64,000 nucleotides of DNA from an uncultured bacterium. GTDB lineage: Bacteria > Verrucomicrobiota > Verrucomicrobiia > Limisphaerales > UBA8199. Positions within the stretch are counted from its first letter, which is position 1. Every line of letters begins with the position of its first letter. The translations under genes and the position numbers were made by a program. The notes under the pieces are model-generated. The model was not told where the DNA came from. It ran no database searches and saw only the letters and a program-made list of their open reading frames with translations. Below are positions 1 to 10,643 of the stretch, in pieces. The stretch is from assembly GCA_963749495.1 (NCBI GenBank), contig CAVVMW010000019.1, positions 128,001 through 192,000 on the forward strand. Direction: 5' to 3'.

Positions 1-1099
1 GCCTACGTCAAGAACTCCCGAGGGGAGAGGGTGATTGATTTTCGAAAGTGCAATCTGCACGTCGTGAATTACAGTGTCCCGGTGAAGCAGACGATTCGCC
101 TGGAAGAGCTGCGGAAGCACGTCTTCACTTTGCCCGAGTCTCCTGATTTGATCCCATACCGCACTTCCTACTACCAGGAGACCTGGGGGTTCTGCTTAAG
201 CCATTCCCATTGGCAGAGCCTTCGCGACGAAGAGTACGAGGTCTGTATTGACTCGACGCTGGCGCCCGGCCACCTGACCTACGGCGAGTTCAGGTCCCCG
301 GGGGCAACCGACGACGAGGTAGTCATTTCCGCTCATTCGTGCCATCCTTCGCTCTGCAACGATAATTTATCAGCAATGGCCGTAGCCGCCAAATTGGCGC
401 AGCACCTCGCAGGCGTGTCCTCGCGCTACTCCTACCGTTTCCTATGGGTTCCCGCCACCATCGGCACCGTGACTTGGCTGGCTTTGAACGAATCCGTAAT
501 CCCGAGGATCAAGCATGGGCTGGTATTGTCGAGCGTGGGCGACCCAGGTCGGTTTACATACAAGCGCAGCCGGCAAGGCAGCGCGGAAATCGATCGCGCC
601 GTGGCACACGTGCTGGAACACTCCGGTGGAGACTTCGAAATGCGGGATTTCACGCCGTACGGCTGCGACGAGCGGCAGTACCTGCTCGCCGGGCTTCAAC
701 CTGCCCGTTGGCTGTTTTATGCGGACGCCCAATGAAGAATATCCGGAGAATCACACGTCCGCTGACAATCTGGACTTCGTCGGCCCTGCAGCCCTCGCGG
801 AGTCAGTCCACAGCCTCCTAGGCGTCGTGGAAGTCCTCGAGAAAAACCTTCGTTTCCTCAATCTGAAGCCCAAATGCGAGCCGCAGCTCGGGCGCCGTGG
901 CCTTTACCGGCAGGCGGGAGGCAAGGGAGGCAGGCTGTTCGAAGAAGCTGTAATGTGGGTCCTGAACTTTTCGGACGGTGAACATTCACTCCTGGACATC
1001 GCCGAGCGATCAAAGATGGAATTCGCCAAATTGGCCGAGGCCGCCGAGGGGCTCATCGTGAATAATCTGCTCCGACGGATAGAATCGCCCGATGTGTAG
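1..1099 (+). CDS. DUF4910/DUF2172 aminopeptidase-like protein with C-terminal winged helix (polysaccharide-locus associated); 5'-truncated by the window, +1 frameshift near 681
   Basis: ORF 31..735 (LHVVNYSVPV, IPYRTSYY, H-x-CHPSLCNDNLS) continues in ORF 515..1099 (CSPGFNLPVG...EYHTSADNL-like, KCEPQLGRRGLY, WVLNFSDGEHSLLDIAERS). Removing one C from TACCTGC restores DERQYCSPGFNLP. Confidence 0.85.
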
Positions 1100-1145
1100 T
1101 TTCAAAGAACCATTCAAGTGTATTGTCCGATACGAAATGGACTTA

Positions 1146-2446
1146 TGAATCCTGTGCAAAATGGCCAAGCAATAACGGCGGCAACGCGTCAAGAAGGGGG
1201 AACGCGCAGTGCACATGCCAACGTCTGCCGCTTCTGCGCAACGCCCTTGAAACACACATTTGTGGATCTAGGCATGTCCCCCCTGTGCGAGAGTTACGTC
1301 AGCGCCGCGAAACTGAACCAGGTGGAGGCCTTTTATCCGCTCCACGTTCAGGTATGCGATCGGTGCTTCCTGGTGCAGCTCCAGGAATATGTCAGCCCGG
1401 AGGAGATTTTTGGGGAGTATGCTTACTTTTCTTCGTACTCGGATACCTGGCTGCGGCACGCGGCCGAATACGTGGACATGATCGTCCAAAGGTTGAAACT
1501 TGGCAGAGAGAGCCTGGCTGTGGAGCTGGCGAGCAACGACGGCTACTTGCTGCGCAACTTCGTGAAGATGGGCATCCCTGTGCTGGGAATCGAGCCCGCC
1601 GCCAACGTCGCGAAGGTCGCGATTGAGAAGGGCGTGCCAACGCTGGTCAAGTTTTTTGGCCGCAGCCTGGCGCACGAAATGGTGCGCGACGGCAGGCAGG
1701 CCGACCTTGTGACCGGCAACAACGTGATCGCACAGGTTCCGGATCTGAATGATTTCGTTGCCGGCATCGGCGTCGTTTTGAAGCCGCAGGGTGTGGCGAC
1801 CTTGGAATTCCCACACCTAATCCGGTTGATGGCGGAGAATCAATACGACACTATTTATCATGAGCACTTCTCGTATTTCTCATTCATTACGGCCGAAAAG
1901 GTCTTTAGCGCGCATGGCATGACGCTCTTTGACGTTGAGGAACTCCCGACGCATGGCGGGTCTATTCGCATCTATGCGCGCCATGGCGCGGACGAATCGA
2001 GACCCGTCACCCAGCGGGTCATCGAATTGAGAGACCGGGAGGTGGCCGCCGGCCTTGATCGGATGGATACGTATTCGACATTCAGCGAAAGCGTGAAGGA
2101 GTCGAAGCGCGGCTTGCTCGAGTTTTTGATCGCGGCAAAAAGGGCGGGTAAACGCATCGCGGGCTATGGAGCGCCGGGGAAGGGCAACACGCTACTCAAC
2201 TATTGCGGCATCCGGACAGATTTCCTCGATTATACTGTGGATCGGAACCCGTACAAGCAGGGCAAATTCCTTCCAGGGACGCACATCCCTATTTGTTCGC
2301 CGGAGAAGCTTTTCGAGACGAAACCGGATTACGTTCTTATCCTGCCGTGGAATTTCAAGGAGGAGATTGTGCAGCAGATGGCGCCCATCCGGCAATGGGG
2401 CGGGAAATTTGTGGTGCCCATACCAAGAGTGGAGGTTATTGCCTGA
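1146..2446 (+). CDS. SAM-dependent NDP-sugar C-methyltransferase (Zn-binding N-terminus, Methyltransf_13/14 type)
   Basis: CRFC...CDRC zinc motif, ELASNDG, HEHFSYFS, THGGS, GYGAPGKGNTLLNYCG, LPWNF. Confidence 0.9.
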
Positions 2447-2569
2447 GGTCATGAGCACCTCTAGAGGTGAAGGAAACGCCGCAGGCGGAACACTTGGTTT
2501 CCTCAGGCGGGCCTCCGGCGGCGGCGCGGCCCCGTCGGCAACAACTCCGGCGGTATCCAGGATGGCTTT

Positions 2570-3211
2570 ATGGTCCGAGTGAATTTTGAGGCAGTGCGCT
2601 CGATTCTATGTCTGGGAGCTCATGCCGATGACATCGAAATTGGCTGCGGTGGAACGGTTCTCAGGCTGCTGAAGGACCGACCCGGCTTGAACATCGTCTG
2701 GGTCGTTTTCAGCGCCGAGGGACGCCGGAGCAGGGAAGCCAAATCGAGCGCTCGCGTGCTTTTGAAGGGGGCCGGCGAAGCGAAGATCGTAATCAAGCAT
2801 TTTAGGAACGGTTTCTTTCCTTTCCGAGGGGAGGAGATCAAGGAGTTCTTTGAGAAGTTGAAGGGAACTGTCCAGCCCGATCTGGTCTTTACGCATTATC
2901 GAGAAGATCGTCACCAAGACCACCGAGTTCTCTCCGATCTTGCGTGGAACACGTTTCGGGACCACGTTATTCTGGAATACGAAGTTCCGAAGTATGACGG
3001 CGACATCGGCAACCCGAACCTGTACGTTGAATTGGATGAAGAGCTGTGCCAGCGCAAAATCGAGCATGCGTGCAGGTTTTTTCAAACCCAAGAGAGCAAA
3101 CATTGGTTTTCCTCGGACACATTCTTATCCTTGATGCGCCTGCGCGGGGTGGAATGCGCGTCCAGCACGAAGTACGCGGAGGCGTTTTACTGCAGGAAAC
3201 TGCTACTGTAA
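2570..3211 (+). CDS. PIG-L/LmbE family deacetylase
   Basis: [13 protein letters not shown] and DRHQDH metal-binding motifs. Confidence 0.9.
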   Translation: MVRVNFEAVRSILCLGAHADDIEIGCGGTVLRLLKDRPGLNIVWVVFSAEGRRSREAKSSARVLLKGAGEAKIVIKHFRNGFFPFRGEEIKEFFEKLKGTVQPDLVFTHYREDRHQDHRVLSDLAWNTFRDHVILEYEVPKYDGDIGNPNLYVELDEELCQRKIEHACRFFQTQESKHWFSSDTFLSLMRLRGVECASSTKYAEAFYCRKLLL

Positions 3212-3215
3212 CGAA

Positions 3216-4331
3216 GTGAAAACGGCCGATGACGAGCGTGTGAACGAGTTGGGAGAATCCGGCAGCGTGGACTCGGCCTTTTGGCGGGATCGTCCCGTTT
3301 TGGTCACCGGCGGCTCCGGACTCTTGGGAGGATGGTTGGTCAGAAGATTGTTGAATGTGGGCGCCCGCCTGGTCTGTTTGCTGCGCGGGCGGCCTCCGCA
3401 CCCCCAGGTGGTCGCCCCGGGCAGGCTGGAGCGGGCGAGGTTAGTTAGGGGCGACATCCGTGATCAGGCCCTGCTGGAGCGGATTTTGAAGGAGAATCAG
3501 ATCGATACGGTGTTCCATGCTGCCGCCCAGGCGGTTGTGGGTGTGGCCAATCGAGATCCTGTGCTCACGTTCGAGACTAATGTTCAAGGCACATGGTGCC
3601 TGCTGGAGGCCTGTCGTCGGAACGCCGGCGTTCGGCAGATTGTGGTGTCATCTTCCGACAAGGCGTATGGCGAACATGCAGACTTGCCATATCGCGAGGA
3701 TATGGCCTTGATCGGGTTGCACCCGTACGAGGTCAGCAAAGCTTGCACGGACCTGATCGCCACTAGCTACGGCAGGTCTCTCGCTTTGCCTGTGAGCGTG
3801 ACTCGCTGTGGCAACTTCTTTGGCGGCGGGGACATGAACTGGAACCGGATCGTCCCGGGGACCGTCCAAGCCATCTGTCAAGGAAAACGGCCGGTCATTC
3901 GCTCAGATGGGCAGTTCATCCGAGATTATCTGTACGCCGATGACGGGGCCGCCGCTCACATGCACTTGGCGCGGAGGTTGGCTGAGGACCGGTCACTGGC
4001 GGGGGAAGCCTTCAATTTTTCGCACGAAGTGCGGATGACGGTGCTCGAGTTGGTTCGGAAGATTGCGCAGCTTATGGAATGCTCACTCTCGCCTGACATT
4101 CGAAACGAAGTCAGCCAGGAGATCCGAACGCAGTACCTAACCTCAGCCAAAGCCCGCGAGCGGCTCGGCTGGAGGCCGCTCCACAGTATGGAAGAAGGGC
4201 TGCGGGAGACTGTAAGCTGGTACCGTAGTTACCTGTCGTCCCTTGACTCGCTCGAAGGCGGCGCGAGCGCCGCCCAAACGGGCCGCACGCCTCAGATGAA
4301 AAGCAAGAGCAGAACAAAGCCAAAGCTATGA
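3216..4331 (+). CDS. NAD-dependent sugar dehydratase (CDP-glucose 4,6-dehydratase-like)
   Basis: [31 protein letters not shown] (YxxxK), [10 protein letters not shown]. Confidence 0.85.
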   Translation: MKTADDERVNELGESGSVDSAFWRDRPVLVTGGSGLLGGWLVRRLLNVGARLVCLLRGRPPHPQVVAPGRLERARLVRGDIRDQALLERILKENQIDTVFHAAAQAVVGVANRDPVLTFETNVQGTWCLLEACRRNAGVRQIVVSSSDKAYGEHADLPYREDMALIGLHPYEVSKACTDLIATSYGRSLALPVSVTRCGNFFGGGDMNWNRIVPGTVQAICQGKRPVIRSDGQFIRDYLYADDGAAAHMHLARRLAEDRSLAGEAFNFSHEVRMTVLELVRKIAQLMECSLSPDIRNEVSQEIRTQYLTSAKARERLGWRPLHSMEEGLRETVSWYRSYLSSLDSLEGGASAAQTGRTPQMKSKSRTKPKL

Positions 4332-4744
4332 ATCTCGGGCAGCAAGTCCCCCGGGCGGGATGGGCGCAGCCAAGGCGGCATTCATCAGCCAGATGCGGGC
4401 AGCGTATTACACCGGCCCTTCGATGAGCGCCGCCACATCTGTTGGTCTCCAAGCCGCCATGCGGGCTGTGCTGCAGGCCACAACATCCGGCGGCCAAGCA
4501 ACTGCGAACCTTTCCTGCCTTGCATCGGGTGATAGCACCCCGTCAACGGAGGCCGCAGCGCAAGCGGATATGAATTTGGGCAACAAGAACCCGAGCACTC
4601 CTCTCGCGGTCCCTGACGGGATCAACGCACAAGCAGGTGGCCAAACATTCGCCAGTCCGGGTGGTCCTGATCGCGGCATATTGGGGATGGCATTCATCGA
4701 TTGGAGCGTTCTGCGCCGGAAGTCCTGATTCCACGAGGTTTCCA

Positions 4745-6889
4745 ATGAAAAAAAACGTAATCTTTGCAATCGCCTTTTTGGCGCTCGCCCCGATTTTGAT
4801 TCGGGCGGGGTCTGGTCCCGCGTACCCGCTCAAGCTGTCTGCCGGGAATCATTATCTGGTGGACCAGGCCGGAACGCCGTTTTTCATCCAGGGCGAGGCC
4901 GCCTGGTCGCTGATTGCGCAACTAGATACGGCGGACGTGGAGACGTATCTGAGTGACCGTTGGGCGAAGGGTTTCAACACGATCATCGTGAACCTGATTG
5001 AGCATTATTATGCCGACAATGCCCCGGCGAATTACTACGGAGTTTATCCGTTCACCAACAAACTGAGCGGCGGCTATTGGGATTTCAGCAGTATCAACCC
5101 TGATTATTTTACCAACTCCGACGCGGCGATCAGTCGCGCGGGTTACTATGGTATCCAAGTGATTCTTGCTCCGGCCTATCTTGGCTATGGCGGCGGTTCG
5201 GAGGGCTGGTATCAGGACATGACACACAACAGCCTCGTGAACCTTACGAATTGGGGCAATTATGTGGGGAATCGGTACAAGAGCTACACCAACATCATCT
5301 GGTTGAACGGGTGCGATTATGAGGCGCCGAACAAGACGGTAGTGGATGCGGTGGCCTCCGGGATTTTGCAGCAGGACCCGAGCCATTTGATGACGGCGCA
5401 TTGCAAACGGGGTGATTCGGCGTTCGACTACTATACAGAGTCGTGGGATAATTTCAATTCCACCTACACGGCGAGTATCGCATACATAAAAACACTCTCT
5501 GATTACCAGCGCAGCCCAGTAGCGCCCACCTTTCTGGTCGAGGCATACTATGAAGTCCCTGGAAATCCAAGCTACCCAGCGATCCAAACGCGGTGGGAGG
5601 CTTACGGGGCAGTGCTGAGCGGGGCGATGGGCGGTTGTTTCGGGGTGGACAAGATTGATGTCTTTTCATCCGGCTGGCAGGCAAATCTCCAAAGCCCCGG
5701 TTCGCTCGCCTACACGAACCTGATAAAGCTGGTTCGGACGCGACCTTGGTACAACTGCGTCCCCGACAGCGGGCATACGGTGGTGACAAGCGGTTACGGC
5801 ACCTCGGGGCAGACGGACTACATCACGGCGATGCGGGAGAGCACTGGCAAGACTATCATCGCGTATGTTCCACAGGATCAAATGACATTTACCGTTGCGA
5901 TGAATCAGATTTCAGGCAGCACTGCGAACGCGTGGTGGTATAATCCGCAGACGGGAGCGGCGACGCTTATTGGCAGCTACGGAACGTCGGGCAGCAAAAC
6001 CTTTACTCCGCCGGACAACTATGATTGGGTGCTGGTGCTGGACGACGCTTCCCAGAATTACGGGGCACCGGGGGCAGCGCCCGGATTGCCGACTAGCTGC
6101 AGCCTGACTTCGTCCGTGAATCCGGCGCTGCCGGGCCAGGCCGTCGTTTTCACCTGCACCCTGAGTCCCGTAGCTCCCGAAACCACCACGCCTACCGGCA
6201 CGATTCAGTTCACGGTTGACGGCGCTAACGCAGGCGGGCCAATAACCCTGAGCGGCGGGACCGCGGCTTACACGAGTGCAAGCCTCGCGCACGGCGCGCA
6301 TAGCGTCGTGGCCGAATATTCTGGAGACGCTCTCTTTTTCGCCACCAACAACGCGTTGTCACCTGTTCAAGTAATTGACACGCCCCCTGTGGCGGGCCCG
6401 GCCACAATGCAGCGCGAGCCGGCGAGCGGGGCAAAAATCTGGATCAGCGCAGTGCTCACCAATTGCACGGACGCCGACGGCGACCCGATTGTTTTGGCGG
6501 GCGTCAGCGCCACCAGTGCCAACGGGGGCACCGTTGTGACCAACAACGGGTGGATATTCTATACGCCAGCCTCGGGATTCGTCAACTCAGATTCCTTCAC
6601 CTACACAATCAGCGACGGCTACGTCTCCGTTACCGGGACAGTCACAGTGAATATCCAGGTGGACAATGGTCCCTCGGCGAACTTAAGCGTCAGCGTCCAG
6701 AGTGATGGCTCTTACGCGATCCTCGGGGACGGCATTCCGGGCTACACTTACCACATTCAGTTCGCCGATAACCCGGAAGGCAGCAACTGGCAAGCCCTGG
6801 GCACGGTGACGGCCGACTCGTCTGGCATGTTCCAGTTCATTGACAGCGCAGGCACCCCGCAACGCTCCTACCGGTCCGTCTATCCTTAG
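4745..6889 (+). CDS. Secreted DUF4038 (apiosidase/GH140-like) protein with collagen-binding-like domain, Ig-like (Big_3) and cadherin/Big_9-like domains and a conserved C-terminal tail
   Basis: Signal peptide MKKNVIFAIAFLALAP; YLVDQAGTPFFIQGEAAW; KGFNTI; WWYNPQTG...DWVLVLD; then SSVNPALPGQAVVFT, DADGD, DSFTYTISDG; ends RSYRSVYP. Confidence 0.8.
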   Translation: MKKNVIFAIAFLALAPILIRAGSGPAYPLKLSAGNHYLVDQAGTPFFIQGEAAWSLIAQLDTADVETYLSDRWAKGFNTIIVNLIEHYYADNAPANYYGVYPFTNKLSGGYWDFSSINPDYFTNSDAAISRAGYYGIQVILAPAYLGYGGGSEGWYQDMTHNSLVNLTNWGNYVGNRYKSYTNIIWLNGCDYEAPNKTVVDAVASGILQQDPSHLMTAHCKRGDSAFDYYTESWDNFNSTYTASIAYIKTLSDYQRSPVAPTFLVEAYYEVPGNPSYPAIQTRWEAYGAVLSGAMGGCFGVDKIDVFSSGWQANLQSPGSLAYTNLIKLVRTRPWYNCVPDSGHTVVTSGYGTSGQTDYITAMRESTGKTIIAYVPQDQMTFTVAMNQISGSTANAWWYNPQTGAATLIGSYGTSGSKTFTPPDNYDWVLVLDDASQNYGAPGAAPGLPTSCSLTSSVNPALPGQAVVFTCTLSPVAPETTTPTGTIQFTVDGANAGGPITLSGGTAAYTSASLAHGAHSVVAEYSGDALFFATNNALSPVQVIDTPPVAGPATMQREPASGAKIWISAVLTNCTDADGDPIVLAGVSATSANGGTVVTNNGWIFYTPASGFVNSDSFTYTISDGYVSVTGTVTVNIQVDNGPSANLSVSVQSDGSYAILGDGIPGYTYHIQFADNPEGSNWQALGTVTADSSGMFQFIDSAGTPQRSYRSVYP

Positions 6890-6967
6890 GCTCGGCTCGC
6901 GTCGGAGCAGGTTCTCCATCTTTTCTACCGGGAACTTCGGCACCGCACGGCCCGCATGCGCGCGTCG

Positions 6968-7075
6968 CAGCTTGGCGCTGAAGGGCGATGGAACAGTGGT
7001 TTTCTGGGACGGTTACGGACTCATCAACGGCACCGTGCCAACGCGACTGGCGACCATTGGTTGTGACTGCCACCG
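6968..7075 (+). pseudogene. Relic of an RCC1/BLIP-II-type repeat
   Basis: Translates SLALKGDGTVVFWDGYGLINGTVP, resembling the HSLALKxDGTVVAWG...VP repeat; no start or surrounding gene. Confidence 0.4.
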
Positions 7076-7087
7076 GGGAGTGTTATA

Positions 7088-8866
7088 ATGGACGATATTC
7101 GACAGGGAGAACCAATTCAACGCGATGCCCGCAGCGTCAATAAACGGGCGGTGGGGCAACTGCTTCTGGAACTAATGGAACCCGGACACAGCAGAGTCGT
7201 CGGAGTTCTCGATGGTGCCTTGTCGCCAGGCCTTTGGAGGCTGTTCACCAGCTTAGCCCAACTCTACCCCGTTGAATTCCGTCACTGGCGTCCCGGTGAA
7301 CAGGATGGACTGGTTGCCCTGATAGTTGTCGAGCCAAGCCCCGGCACGTCCTCGCTCGCCACCCGAGCCGACCTGCCGACCTTGGTCAGCCCGGCACCCG
7401 GCAGGGACGCTGCGCGGTGTCACTCCCAGGAAGTGGAATTCAGCAAATCTCCGCAGTTGGACCCGTGTCTGCGGGGGCGGGGCATGGTGGATTCGGAATC
7501 GCGATCATCTTGCGTTTTGCAGATGAGGCAAGGCGACGAACTATTGGCTTCCAGGGATGGGCAGCCGATTTGGCTTCGGCGGCGGACGAACAAGGGACAG
7601 GTAGACTTCGTAGCTCTGGCGCTGCCGGAGCTGGAGGCCGGGGAGGGCGTGCGCGAGCATTTTCGGTCGGGCCGGTGCATGGGCTTGTTGCCCTTGCTTT
7701 GTTTCCTACGCGCATTGACCCAAGAGGTCGATTGGCAGCCGGGGCCGGTCCCCGCGTGCCTGGTTTTCGATGATCCCAGCCTCTATTCCACTTTGTACGG
7801 CTTTCTTGACTACCGTGAGTTGGCGGCTCATGCCCAGGCTCATAGCTATTGTGTTTCGGTCGCCATCATTCCCCTGGATTGCTGGCGTTTGGACTCCCGA
7901 GCCCTTGCGATCTTTCGTTCCCATTCTCCCCGCCTTTCTCTCGTCCTCCACGGCAACAGTCATATCAAGAATGAACTGGCTCAATCGAGGCCGCCGGAAG
8001 ATTGCCTCCGATTACTGGCTCAGGCCCTTCGCCGGTACTCCTCTGTGCGCCAGAATGAAGGCCTGGAGGCCTGTCTGGTCATGGAAGCTCCGCACGGCGC
8101 GGTTACCACTGAAAACCTGGCCCAGATGGTAGCCCTCGGCTATGCGGCGGTGCTGGGGACTCCGGAACGCTTGTTCCGCTGCAACGCGGGAGCCAACCTC
8201 CCTAAGACTCTCGGCATGGACTACGCGGATCTCTTGGGTGGTCTGCCTGTGATCCCTCGCATCAGGATGAGCCCCGGCTGGGGGACGGATGTCCTGTTGG
8301 CGGCGTTCCTGCGGCAACCCATCGTTCTGGCTTGCCACCACTGGGATTTGGCCGCTGGGTACGATTTGCCGTGGGCCTTCGCCGATCTCGTCAATGGCCT
8401 CACCGGCACCCGCTGGGCCAGCCCAAGCGCTATCGTGAATTCCAGTTTCAAATTGCTCCGCACAGGCGAGTTGCTGCACCTCAAGATGTATTCCCGGCGT
8501 GTCTGTGTCTCCGTACCTGACGATGTCCGGATGCTTGCAGTTTATAGACATTGGATCGGACAGGACGAGCCCGGCGAGCCGCTCGCTGTTTCCGCTTGCG
8601 GCCAGCTCCGCTTTTCCGCGGCGGCTGCCCCACGTGTGGTTGGTCCCATTTCGGTTACCCCGGGGGAAATGATCGAAATCACCAGCCCGCCTAAGAACCC
8701 GGTGGATTATCGCCGGGTTCGGACGCCCCGGCCCCAGTGCTGGCCGGTGGTGCGCAAGGTGTTCATGGAGGTTCGCGACCGCACCGCTCCCGGGCGCCTG
8801 CGGGCGAGGAACCTTTTCCAGCGGTCATGGTCAAGGATGGTAAGTGCCAACCTCAAACGTTCATGA
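7088..8866 (+). CDS. Hypothetical protein with a polysaccharide-deacetylase-like (NodB-fold) central domain
   Basis: 592-aa ORF; LVFDDP, LHGNSH, EAPHG and CHHWD resemble NodB-family motifs; ATGA overlap with the next gene. Confidence 0.55.
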   Translation: MDDIRQGEPIQRDARSVNKRAVGQLLLELMEPGHSRVVGVLDGALSPGLWRLFTSLAQLYPVEFRHWRPGEQDGLVALIVVEPSPGTSSLATRADLPTLVSPAPGRDAARCHSQEVEFSKSPQLDPCLRGRGMVDSESRSSCVLQMRQGDELLASRDGQPIWLRRRTNKGQVDFVALALPELEAGEGVREHFRSGRCMGLLPLLCFLRALTQEVDWQPGPVPACLVFDDPSLYSTLYGFLDYRELAAHAQAHSYCVSVAIIPLDCWRLDSRALAIFRSHSPRLSLVLHGNSHIKNELAQSRPPEDCLRLLAQALRRYSSVRQNEGLEACLVMEAPHGAVTTENLAQMVALGYAAVLGTPERLFRCNAGANLPKTLGMDYADLLGGLPVIPRIRMSPGWGTDVLLAAFLRQPIVLACHHWDLAAGYDLPWAFADLVNGLTGTRWASPSAIVNSSFKLLRTGELLHLKMYSRRVCVSVPDDVRMLAVYRHWIGQDEPGEPLAVSACGQLRFSAAAAPRVVGPISVTPGEMIEITSPPKNPVDYRRVRTPRPQCWPVVRKVFMEVRDRTAPGRLRARNLFQRSWSRMVSANLKRS

Positions 8867-9186
8867 CGAGTAATCCCTTCCTCCTGGGGGGAGCGTTCCT
8901 GGTGACAGGCGGCACGCGCGGCATCGGGCGCGCCATCTCGATCCAGTTTGCGCGTGCCGGGGCGTGTGTCGTAGCCGGTTACCTGCGGAACGAAAACGCT
9001 GCTCGGGGGCTTAAGGCCTTGGCAGAGAGTGAACAATTGCGGGTGGAGTTGTGCCGCGCGGATCTGACGACCTCGGAAGGGTGTAACCGTTCACAGGTTA
9101 CCCCGGCGGAGGGGGAGTTTATTGGGGCGTGAGCGGACAGAGCCGCAGACCAGCAAGCAGAGAGCGGCGAGAATGTGACCGAGCCT

Positions 9187-10641
9187 TCACGATGAATCGA
9201 GGAGTAAGGAAGGAACTTTCAACCCCTTGAAATCGGCGCTGATAGCCTGATAGATCCATTGAAAGGGGGAGCGTTGGTGTAAGGCGCAAGTGGCCATGAC
9301 TGTCCAAAGTCGCTCACAGATCTGTCGTCCGCGCGCACTGCGCGTGCCTTGGGTAATATGGCGGTCCATCACCACAAAACGCATGGCCTGTTCGACCACG
9401 TTGTTGGTGGGCTCGATGTCCGGAGTAGTAATGAACTGGAAGTAGGCTTCGCCGTGGTGATAGAAGCGCTCGGCCAGGTTGTAGATCAACCGGTGATACG
9501 GACCGTCTGCGGCGGGAATGGCCGCCTTCCAGATCTGGTCGTGCGCTTGCTGCAGTTGGGCTTCAAAAGCTCGGGCGCCCAGTTGATCCTTACGGTGGAG
9601 TGTCCAGAACAGGGCTTGGAGGCCGGTCAGCAGTCCCCGGCCGTAGCGTTGGACCTGGGCATCGGGAAACTCGCAGAGGTATTTGACGTCCCGAATCAAG
9701 TGGGCCAGACAGAACTGGACCAGCACGGAACATTGGCGCGCATATTTGCGGTAGGCCGCGTAGTAATCGCATCCCAGAATCCCTTTGAAGTCTTGGCCCA
9801 GGACACGCATCAAGACCTCGGTGCCACGGGAGGGCTCGATCGTGAAGAGGACAAAACTGGCGGCCCGAAAACACCAGATCCAGTAACGCTGGCCATTCTC
9901 TTTGTGTCCGGTCTCATCGGTGTTGAGGCGAGTTTGTTGGGGCAGCAGTTCGATGAGCTCTCCATAGGGCTGGGCGAAGGCGTGGCTGGCTTTGTGCAGG
10001 AGTTTGGCGGCATAGCCGCGAGAGACTTTGACGCCAACCACGTCCTGGAAAAAATCTCGAATCCCGCTGTAGGAAGCATGGATTTTAGCCTTGAGATAGA
10101 CGGCCAAGCTCGTCAACCGCGGCCCGAACAGGCCCGCCTTGACGATGTGCTGGGGCAAGGCGGCCTGGTGATAGCAGCCGCAGTCCTGGCACCAAATGCT
10201 GTAAGCCGTATACTCGACCACCCGGAACGGTTTTTCCACCAACTCGACCTGTTGGATCGTGCGTTGGTGCTCCGGTCCCTCCGCCGGGCTAATCCGGTGG
10301 GAGGGATCAACCGGACATTGCTTGAGGCGGAAGGGGATCCGTTGATCAACTTGATCGGGAGCAAAGGCAGGCCGCTGATGTTTGGGATGTCCCTTTTGCC
10401 CGCCGATGCGCCGCTTGGACTTTTTCCCGCGCCGCTGCCCCCGGGGTTTGACGATGTCGCTGGAGGGCGGTTTGGAGGAGTTACCCGAATGCTTGCGGGC
10501 GGCGGCCAGTTGATTCATTAGCCGGGCGTTTTCGGCTTGGAGTTCGGCCACCCGCGACTCCAGGCGCGCCTTGTCCTGGCGGAGTTGGGCGTTTTCCTCC
10601 TCCAACTGGCGCAGTCGTTTTTTTCCGGTGAACCAGCCCAT
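9187..10641 (-). CDS. IS66 family transposase (TnpC type)
   Basis: Coiled-coil N-terminus, NSSKPPSSD, GGQKGH, NTDETG, GCDYYAAY, QFCLAHLIRD, EPTNNVVEQAMR. Confidence 0.95.
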   Translation of the reverse strand: MGWFTGKKRLRQLEEENAQLRQDKARLESRVAELQAENARLMNQLAAARKHSGNSSKPPSSDIVKPRGQRRGKKSKRRIGGQKGHPKHQRPAFAPDQVDQRIPFRLKQCPVDPSHRISPAEGPEHQRTIQQVELVEKPFRVVEYTAYSIWCQDCGCYHQAALPQHIVKAGLFGPRLTSLAVYLKAKIHASYSGIRDFFQDVVGVKVSRGYAAKLLHKASHAFAQPYGELIELLPQQTRLNTDETGHKENGQRYWIWCFRAASFVLFTIEPSRGTEVLMRVLGQDFKGILGCDYYAAYRKYARQCSVLVQFCLAHLIRDVKYLCEFPDAQVQRYGRGLLTGLQALFWTLHRKDQLGARAFEAQLQQAHDQIWKAAIPAADGPYHRLIYNLAERFYHHGEAYFQFITTPDIEPTNNVVEQAMRFVVMDRHITQGTRSARGRQICERLWTVMATCALHQRSPFQWIYQAISADFKGLKVPSLLLDSS

Positions 10642-10643
10642 GG

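Noticed and set aside
4360..4728. 122-aa ORF between the dehydratase and the DUF4038 gene
   Set aside because: It has no recognisable motif; it may be a gene remnant but cannot be supported.
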